From contig CM082580.2 of the NCBI GenBank assembly GCA_040954595.2, positions 486,783 through 550,782 of the forward strand: a stretch of 64,000 bases of DNA. Reading direction: 5' to 3'. The stretch comes from Balanoglossus misakiensis. Taxonomy: Eukaryota; Animalia; Hemichordata. The notes beneath the pieces are model-generated. The model was not told where the DNA came from. It did not search any database and saw only the letters and a program-made list of their open reading frames with translations. The position numbers were made by a program, and so were the translations under genes. This document shows positions 41,570 to 49,977 of the stretch, in pieces; positions within the stretch are counted from its first letter, which is position 1; every line of letters begins with the position of its first letter.

Positions 41570-41754
41570 AATGATGTAATCAACATCTGTGTTCCTCTCT
41601 AATCCAAAGTTCTCATCAAAGATAAGAGTTAATGGTCTTCCAGTTGGTTCCTTGATTAACCAGCTACACATAACATCATCAGGGTAAGTGCTAACATCAT
41701 ACCCTGGTGACTGAATCGTGCCAAAACTACGCAGAATTTCAATTCCCTGGCAAC
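41570..41754 (-). CDS. Exon: N-terminal half of CUB domain 3
   Basis: ttaaag|GT TGC CAG GGA..ATC ATT|gtgagt; 185 bp, phase 1-0; CQGIEILRSFGTIQSPGYDVSTYPDDVMCSWLIKEPTGRPLTLIFDENFGLE. Confidence 0.9.
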
Positions 41755-41765
41755 CTTTAAAGAAA

Positions 41766-42508
41766 CAAGTGACCTATCGGTCAAAAGAGCTCTGCTGACT
41801 TTAACAGTGAAACCTATAGCTGGGCAATGATATGAATACCCTAGGTTTTAATCATAACAATTGTATTCTATTAAACAAAACCAAACATAGACATCACAAG
41901 TATTTAATATCCACATTCAGCCTGATTCATTGTGCTAAAGAAAGAAAGAATTTATTCCTAAAGAACAACATCAAAAGGAAGTACCAAGGTACTAATTTGC
42001 ATATTCATGACCCGATCAAAATTCCAATAAAACAAAATCAGGTAGGGGCACCATAACACACATTCTACCAAATTTCAGCTCCATCGTACATGTAGTTAGG
42101 GAGAAGAAGATTTTTTACCAAAAATTATATTTTTAGATCTAATTTGCATATTCATGACCCGATCATATCCAAATTTATGAAATCAGGTAGGGGCACCATA
42201 ACACACATTCCTGCCAAATTTCAGCTCCATCGTACATGTAGTTAGGGAGAAGAAAATGTTTGACCAACATTCTATTTTTAGATCTAATTTGCATATTTAT
42301 GACCCCATCAAATCCAAATTTACAAAATCAGGTAGGGGCACCATAACACACATTCCTACCAAATTATAGCTAAATATGCAATGTCGTTTTAACGAAGAAG
42401 ATTGAAATACCGAAAGTTGACGGACGACGGACAACTGACGCCGGACGACAGACGGACACTTATCAACCTACTGCTACAGCTTGGCTGACACAAGTGACAG
42501 CCAAGCTA
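41766..42508 (-). mobile_element. Non-autonomous Helentron-associated element (HINE/DINE-1-like) of a second family
   Basis: On the minus strand: TTTT-AGCTTGGCTG TCACTTGTGT CAGCCAAGCT 5' hairpin, a GTCC/GTC microsatellite, three ~145-bp tandem repeats (42036, 42181, 42326), then 3' CAGCAGAGCT, a TGACC-GATA-GGTCA stem-loop and CTTGTT. Confidence 0.8.
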
Positions 42509-42889
42509 AAAATACCAAACAAGGAATAATGAATTCAATCCACAGGTTTGGTGTAATCCTGGCTGCCTTTTATTTTGTGCTAGGGGATCAAATCACATAA
42601 TAATTGCCTTCTGGATAAAAAGTCGTACGCGACAGAAGAAATGACTGTTAACTGTATATGACTTCCTTACGTCAAACCTTTCTGTCGTTATACATGTAGT
42701 TATCAAATTAAACTCATTTAACTTTTTTCACATTTTGTTATTTTTTCTGTTAAAAAGTTTCATAATGACCCAGTATCAGATTAGCTTATATTATAAACTT
42801 CCAGAAAGAATGGCAAAAGAAGATAGATCTGTGATCCTTACAATTCTTACTGGGTTGAAATTCTTTGGGAATGATTTTAAGTGATTTAA

Positions 42890-43238
42890 AGGGACAAAGT
42901 TTCTCTCACTCGCTGCCCTTTTTCCATTAACTATGTTTGATACAAGACACTGTTTATGTTATTCTACATGTGGATATATAGTGAATCAACATTCAACCAC
43001 GCACAACTTCCATCCCGTTTGTAGGATATGAGAGTAAAAATATTGCCAAAATGAATAAACGGTAGAGACCAATTAATCATTTTGGCGAGTTTTTTCACTC
43101 TTGTGTCTACAAGTGGGATGGAAGTTGTTTGTGGTCAAACGTTGTTTTAATATATATCCACATGTAGAATAACATAAACGCTGTATTGTATCATCATAAT
43201 TCCTGGAAAAAGGGTAGCGAGAGAGAGTGTTTGTCCCT
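42890..43238. mobile_element. Foldback TTAA-flanked MITE (Kolobok-like)
   Basis: TTAA-AGGGACAAA..CTCGCTGCCC...GGGTAGCGAG..TTTGTCCCT-TTAA with long inverted arms. Confidence 0.8.
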
Positions 43239-43323
43239 TTAAAACATTGTTCTCTTGCATCATGAATCCTTGATTGCCTCTTCATTCAAACAACGTCTTG
43301 ATCAATTTGAATGCGTTACCTAC

Positions 43324-43525
43324 CTGCCCAGTAATGTACATGAAAACCTCTCATTGTAACTGCATCATCACTCTTAATGTCAACTCTCATCATACTTTTG
43401 GAAGATATGATGACATTAGGTAACTCCATCCCAGAAAATAAAGCAAGTCTGAGGGCAGGATTCAGTTCAGCGCCATCGTATACAGACACTTGATCAGCCC
43501 CATCTTCTGTTGCAAAGGAGATAAA
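43324..43525 (-). CDS. Exon: C-terminal half of CUB domain 2 (acceptor reads CG instead of AG)
   Basis: 202 bp, same length and phase as the paralogous exon 44731-44932; FISFATEDGADQVSVYDG..FSGMELPNVIISS..DIKSDDAVTMRGFHVHYWA; donor G|gtaggt. Confidence 0.8.
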
Positions 43526-43640
43526 CGGAAAAGATATAAAAAATAGCATCAAAGACACTTTGCTCCCATTTGATATGTACATTTAAATGTGACATACCGT
43601 ACAATCATAGTGATCACAATTTCCTACACAAAACCATTAA

Positions 43641-43916
43641 GGGGCAAAGTCTCTCTCTCTCTCGCTGCCCCTTTTCCATTAATTATCGTTTGATTATCGT
43701 TTATGTTATTCTAGATGTGGATATATAGTGAATCAACATTCCATCCCGCTTCATTTTGGGCGAGATTTTTACTCTCATATCCTAAAAATGGGATGGAAGG
43801 TGTGTGTGGTCGAATGTTGATTCACTATATATCCTCATGTAGAATAACATAAACGGTGTCTTGTATCAAACATAATTAATGGGAAAAGGGCAGCGAGAGA
43901 GAGAGACTTCGTCCCT
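43641..43916. mobile_element. Foldback MITE, same family as 42890-43238
   Basis: GGGGCAAAGTCTCTCTCTCTCTCGCTGCCCTTTTCCATTAATTAT...ATAATTAATGGGAAAAGGGCAGCGAGAGAGAGAGACTTCGTCCCT. Confidence 0.8.
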
Positions 43917-44285
43917 ATAAGGACACCTTTAGCATTGATGAGGTAATATAAGAATACATCTGATAAAGAATATTTTCACATCCCAATAAACCAAAATCCA
44001 AAACAACTGGAAGAGCCGTTTCTGACATAAGTGGACTTTTGGACCAAAAATGTCTAAAACTACCCACCCCCCTCCTCCCCAGTATTGATATTTGTCACAT
44101 GTTTATGTACACCATAATAACAAATATTGAAGGTCCTTGTAAACCAAATTTTAAGAAATCGGAAAAGTGACTACTGAGAATTGACCAGAAATGACAAAAA
44201 TAAAATGTATTTTTAAAAATATAATTACTAATTTTTGTCATGCTGTAAAACAACTCACACGATTAATTGCATCTGAATCCACTAC

Positions 44286-44437
44286 CTGTAAAGTGACAAC
44301 AAATTCTGTTGTGAATGATGCCAGCTGTCAGTTACAATCTTCATTGTTGAGATAATTCTTGCCTTCAAAATATTCTGTACTGCTGAGATTCTGTTTATAT
44401 GACTGTGCTATGAAATTCCCACCACACAAAGAATACA
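44286..44437 (-). pseudogene. Exon: N-terminal half of CUB domain 2 with an in-frame TGA
   Basis: tttcag|TG TAT TCT TTG TGT GGT GGG..TTA CAG|gtagtg; 152 bp, phase 1-0; YSLCGGNFIAQSYKQNLSSTEYFEGKNYLNNEDCN*QLASFTTEFVVTLQ. Confidence 0.85.
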
Positions 44438-44730
44438 CTGAAAGAAAGAAGAAGTCATCTTAACAGAAACACTTCACAAACAGGACATCAGCAAGATCAC
44501 AGTCGAGGTAGGGCAAATATTGCCTACATGTGCAATCTATAATGTTATACCAGGTTCACGTAGGGTAAAATTCGAAACGTTTCAGAGACACTATTTGCCT
44601 AAGGTAAACACAGAGCATTAATGCTTTTAGTTGCCTTGTGTCCACACATGCAAAGTTTATGTGTAGTTCGCGAAAATTTATCGTTTGCGAAAATTTCCAG
44701 TTTTACATTATGTATAAAACTTGGTATTAC

Positions 44731-44932
44731 CTGCTTGCCAAGATGCTTCAAAGCCAGTAGCAGTATGCGAACTATCTGAGAGAAATTTCACCAACATTGC
44801 ATTACCACTGCTAATAACTTCATCAGGCTGGTCCGGTCCACTGTATGTGGCAAGAACTTTGGATGGGTCAAACACAGACACCTTGACAATAACAACAGTA
44901 TCATGATAAAGTTCAGTGTCAAAATGTAGAAA
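44731..44932 (-). CDS. Exon: C-terminal half of CUB domain 1
   Basis: ttttcag|TTT CTA CAT TTT GAC ACT GAA..GCA G|gtaata; 202 bp; FLHFDTELYHDTV..YSGPDQPDEVISSGNAMLVKFLSDSSHTATGFEASWQA. The preceding exon is not in the window. Confidence 0.9.
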
Positions 44933-45133
44933 CTGAAAAGAATAAAAAAATGTCACAACACACATCATAAATAGTGAGCTGTCTCAAGCCAATATACATG
45001 AAAATAAACACAGTTTCATGACTTAAGCCCCATTAGCTGTAACTTTTTGCATTTTTCAGTATTTCTATTCTGTGTATCAATTATAGTTTCTTGTTCAGCT
45101 ACGCAGGGCAGAGTTAAATCCATAGTCTTAACA

Positions 45134-46018
45134 GTCGAAAATTTGTCATTTTTTGATGATTTTCACCAATGTTGTTTTTAAAAAATCGACGAACCCATGA
45201 TTTTTTTCAAAATCGACGAAATTTTGAGATTTTGCAAAGTCGAAAATTTGTCATTTTTTGATGATTTTCACCCATGATTTTTTTCAAAAATCGACGAAAT
45301 TTTGAGATTTTGCAAAGTCGAAAATTTGTCATTTTTTGATGATTTTCCCCAATGATTTTTTTCAAAAATCGACGAAATTTTGAGATTTTGCAAAGTCAAA
45401 AATTTGTCATTTTTTGATGATTTTCACCCATGTTTTTTTTAAAAAAATCGACGAACCTATGATTTTTTTCAAAATCGACGAAATTGTGTGATTTTGCAAA
45501 CTCGAAAATTTTGTCATTTTTTGATGATTTTCAACCATGATTTTTTTTCAAAAATCGACGAAATTTTGAGATTTTGCAAAGTCGAAAGTTTTGTCATTTT
45601 TTGATGATTTTCACCCATGATTTTTTCAAAAATTGATGAAATTTTGAGATTTTGCAAAGTCGAAAATTTGTCATTTTTTGATGATTTTCACCCATGTTTT
45701 TTTAAAAAAAATCGACGAACCTATGATTTTTTTCAAAATCGACGAAATTTTGTGATTTTGCAAACTCGAAAATTTTGTCATTTTTTGATGATTTTCACCT
45801 ATGATTTTTTTTCAAAAATCGACGAAATTTTGAGATTTTGCAAAGTCGAAAATTTGTCATTTTTTGATGATTTTCACCCATGATTTTTTTCAAAAATCGA
45901 CGAAATGTTGAGATTTTGCAGTCGAAAATTTGTCATTTTTTGATGATTTTTACCCATGATTTTTTTTCAAAAATGGACGAAATTTTGAGATTTTGCAGTC
46001 AAAAATTTGTCATTTTTT
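45134..46018. repeat. 78-bp (and ~105-bp variant) AT-rich satellite, left of the Helentron
   Basis: GTCGAAAATTTGTCATTTTTTGATGATTTTCACCCATGATTTTTTTCAAAAATCGACGAAATTTTGAGATTTTGCAAA at 45239, 45317, 45395 and onward. Confidence 0.95.
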
Positions 46019-46070
46019 AGGTCCCATTGGTATAGGCCTATATACCATGGGACCTTATGGGATGGGTTGC

Positions 46071-46138
46071 GTCTGTATGTATGTATGGATGGATGTATGG
46101 ATGTATGGATGTATGGATGTATGTCTGTATGTCCGTCC
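46071..46138. repeat. (GTAT/GGAT/GTCT)n microsatellite near the Helentron 5' end
   Basis: Directly visible; this position is typical of Helentron/DINE-1-like elements. Confidence 0.9.
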
Positions 46139-46570
46139 ACATCAAAAACTTGAAAACCGCTGCGCGTATCACCTCAATATTTGGTGTGTAGGTGCAGGCT
46201 GGGCTGTAGATTGGAGTTTGTCCAAACGAAGTTGCCAGGCCCAAAAATATGCAAATTAGCTGGTAAAATGTGGAATTGATCAAAACTCTGTAAGTCAACA
46301 ATTACTGGTCAGATTGCTTTGAAAATTGGTATGCATGTACCATATGTCAACCTCACACCGACCTTTTAGTGTTAAGTTGATATCATGGATGTTTTATTTT
46401 TAAAGATTTTTTAGTCTTTTTATTAAATTTATACCTTTACTTATACCTCTATGGTTAAGCTATGTCCACGTCTTATTGTGGGATTCTGGTCTGTGCAATA
46501 GTCCTGTACAGTGATTGTCTATTGGTCAGTGAGCACAATGGGGCCAAAATAAAAGGGAAATTTTTGGGCT

Positions 46571-47520
46571 CACCTGTAACACCTGCTTAACACATTAATT
46601 ATGTGCATACCTAATTCCGGGCTAACTAATAGGGCTAGAGGTTTTGTTCTGGTGGGACATGGACCAGTATAGGGTCAAAATTTCTTGCCCAAATTTTGGG
46701 TGACCTCAGGTGACCTTTGACCTACTTTCCTATATCTCGGCATCCAGAGCAGGTACAGAGTTGGCGTTTGGAGGGTTGGGACTGAAATTGAAAAGCCGAA
46801 ATTGGGGGTCACCTGTGACACCTGCATATCTCATTAATTATGTGCATACCTAATTCCAGGCTAACCAATAAGGCTATAGGTTCGGTTTTTGTTGAACATG
46901 GACCAGTATAGGGTCAAAATTTCTTGCCCAAATTTTGCATGACCTCAGGTGACCTTTGACCTACATTACCAAATCTTGACATCCAGAGCAGGCACAGACT
47001 TGGCGTTTGGAGGGTTGGGACTAAAATTGAAAAGCCGCAATTGGGGGTCACCTGTGACACCTGCATATCTCATTAATTATGTGCATACCTAATTCCAGGC
47101 TAACCAATAAGGCTATAGGTTCGGTTTTTGTTGAACATGGACCAGTATAGGGTCAAAATTTCTTGCCCAAATTTTGCATGACCTCAGGTGACCTTTGACC
47201 TACATTACCATATCTTGACATCCAGAGCAGGTACAGACTTGGCGTTTGGAGGGTTGGCACTAAAATTGAAAAGCCGCAATTGGGGGTCACCTGTGACACC
47301 TGCATATCTCATTAATTATGTGCATACCTAATTCCAGGCTAACCAATAAGGCTATAGGTTTGGTTTTTATTGAACATGGACCAGTATTAGGTCAAAATTT
47401 CTTGCCCAAATTTTGCATGACCTCAGGTGACCTTTGACCTACTTTATCATATCTTGGCATCCAGAGCAGGTACAGACTTCGCGTTTGGAGGGTTGGGACT
47501 GAAATTGAAAAGCCTGTGAC
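46571..47520. repeat. 239-bp tandem repeat x4 inside the Helentron
   Basis: CACCTGT(A/G)ACACCTGC at 46571, 46810, 47049, 47288. Confidence 0.95.
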
Positions 47521-48856
47521 CGACATGTAAGTGTTCAGTTGATATCATGGATGTTTTATTTTTTATGAATTTTTTCGTCTTTGTCAATATTTTAGGTGAA
47601 AACAAATTTTTCTGAAAGTTATGGGTCAATGGCTTTAAAATTTAGAATGAAGCTTGGTATACTGAAAGGCAATTGAGGTCATTTTGGGGCAATTTGTTGC
47701 ATAATTTGCATATTTGTAATTTTGGGGATATTTGGTCAAAATTCATTTCAAGTTAAGGTGTCGTGAATGTATGGTGACATTCCCATAATTGTGTTCTTGG
47801 TGCATTTTTTGCAATTTTTTGCCAAAAATTGGTTTCTATGAATCCACTTGGCAGATTGCTGTGCATGTTGTAGGCATATTTCTTATGGTGACTGAAGTAA
47901 GACATTGTACTGTGCTGTGGATATTTGCATATTTCTGGTTTTGCCTCTATGAACAAATCCAGTGCTTTGAAAGGTACTCTTTACATGAGGACACTTTGGT
48001 TTGTCCATTTTAGCTGTTTGCCTTTCTGTTTCATCGTTTTTGTGTAATCTATTCCCTGATACACCCAGTCCTAAGTGCAATCTCTCCTAGAGTGTACATG
48101 AGCTGATTATGTCACAGTTATATTTGTGTATCGAAATAACCTTGGGGCAGTGTAGCACACACCATACTTATGTAGGTGTAGCAGCATTGGAAAGACTGCT
48201 TGATTTTCTGTAGTTGAAAGAACACACAGGAGTAGCTCAAAACATGTGTTGGCATTATTGTAATAACTTTAGATCTGTTGCTATCTAAACATATTGTTTG
48301 CACTATTGCACTATATTATTGTTGACAAACCTCTCAACGTAAGGCGGTGCCAGTATACCCTATGCTGTAATTGCGGATTCCAAATTCTTGGCTGTTATCT
48401 GCTGACTTTGAACCCCAAAGTATCAAGCTACTGTTGCCAGCAATGTGAGGGAGTAGTGGCAGTGCCAGGAACAGCCTAATGAGCAGCCACTTCCTGTCAT
48501 TGTTTTGGAACAGTTAGAGACTTAACCAGCTCTTGAAGAATCACTTTTTATCAAATTGCAGGTAATTATATTACATATTCTATTTTTCAGCTGAAGTTTT
48601 TCATAGTGTTTCTCTATTTTGGAAGTCCTAGAACATGTGATGGTCATATTGATGTTGTAGTTTCAATTACTCCTATAAAAATGATGGAAATATATGTTGT
48701 GTGAGTATGTTAAAATTAAGCAATTGTACATGTTACATTTTTGCCAGGCTTTTACTTGCATATTATCTAGGCAGTTTCAAGTTGTCTAACCAATGATGTT
48801 AAAATGCTGTTATTGATATTATCACATTCTTGTCTTTTGCTACTAAGGTCAGAATT

Positions 48857-48901
48857 ATGCCAAGGAAAAAGAATTGGAGAAAATCAGCTGTGAAAAAATC
48901 G
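48857..48901 (+). CDS. Probable first coding exon of the RepHel gene (MPRKKNWRKSAVKKS)
   Basis: Acceptor ctactaag just upstream, ATG at 48857, phase-0 donor TCG|gtatgt; joins in frame to the acceptor taaacag|GCT at 49978. Confidence 0.6.
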
Positions 48902-49977
48902 GTATGTGTGTATTTGCATACTATAAAATTGTACATACTTGTAAACAGGAAAAGGAGTTCTTCATTTGAGCAGGGGAAAGTTGGTCAACGTCACTGTTTG
49001 GTCGCAGGGTAGGCTTTTAGCAGCTAGTCCGTAATGATCAGTAAAATCGAAAGTAACGTTATGTCTTCAATTTTGGATTATTGGCTTCTCATGTCACTGC
49101 GTTTGCTTTTGAAATACAAGGCCATGAATTTTGTTGATAATTGAGGAAAATTGCTGAGTCAGCATATTCAGTGAGGGTGTATCTATGGGCGAAACACTTG
49201 TAAAGTTTATCTAAAAAAAATACAGTGACCAAACGATATTTGATGGATGCATTTATTTCTATTTGATTGAGCTATGTGTAATATTTCATAGAAATAGTAG
49301 AAGTGAGTTTTCTAGGTATTCTCAATGTAATTATATGGGAAAAGTCATAGGCACAAACCTTTTCCAGTTTTGAAGTTTGTTTTAAACTTGGTAGTTTCAG
49401 AGTAGATAGAGGGTACGTTCAACTTTCCAGACTAAATTTGTCAGGTGAAGTGTGTGGTTTCAAAAGGTTCAACTGGAAAAGATTTATGTGGGAAAGTTTT
49501 ATTTGATATGGAACTTTGTAGAAAGGTGAGGTTTGTAGGTGATATAATTTCAATGTTGCAATGAGCTTTCGAATGATTGTGAAACATGAGTGTAAGACAA
49601 TGTTATGGCAGGCCAACCCTGTGCCGCTAGTAGTTTTTGATGAGGTGGCGTGACAATAGCCATGTTACTAATTTGTGCAATGTCTTTGTCCACATGTGAT
49701 ATACAAATATTATGCAAGTAGCTAAATTTTGCAAAATGTATTGAAATTACAACAAATTTATACAAAAGCTTAATTGAACACATTTGCAATGTAAATACTA
49801 GTGATAGTACTTATATGTACATGATATACACAAAACCAATTTGAATATGACGCAAAATTGACCTGTCATTGGCTCTCATTGTCATAGTACTCATCAGGGG
49901 TCAAATAAGGACATGTGATGGAAATTAAAGGTAACTGTATTTTCTAATTGTCGCTTATCTTGTTTATTTTTAAACAG

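Larger units (their letters stand above)
34840..44932 (-). pseudogene. Internal part of an Uninflatable-like CUB/Sushi/EGF extracellular protein gene, carrying disabling lesions
   Basis: Eleven phase-compatible exons in the order CUB(half)-CUB-CUB-Sushi x4-EGF-Ca x2. The last EGF has the LYANNGTGGFYL..GETGL...DVYTFNQSCV insertion that I recall from Drosophila Uninflatable. Lesions: TGA at 44328-44330, AG>CG acceptor at 43526-43527, frameshift and truncation at ~38010/37958. Confidence 0.65.

Noticed and set aside
44328-44330. Selenocysteine or readthrough TGA
   Set aside because: The position corresponds to a conserved Trp rather than Cys, and neighbouring exons carry independent lesions.
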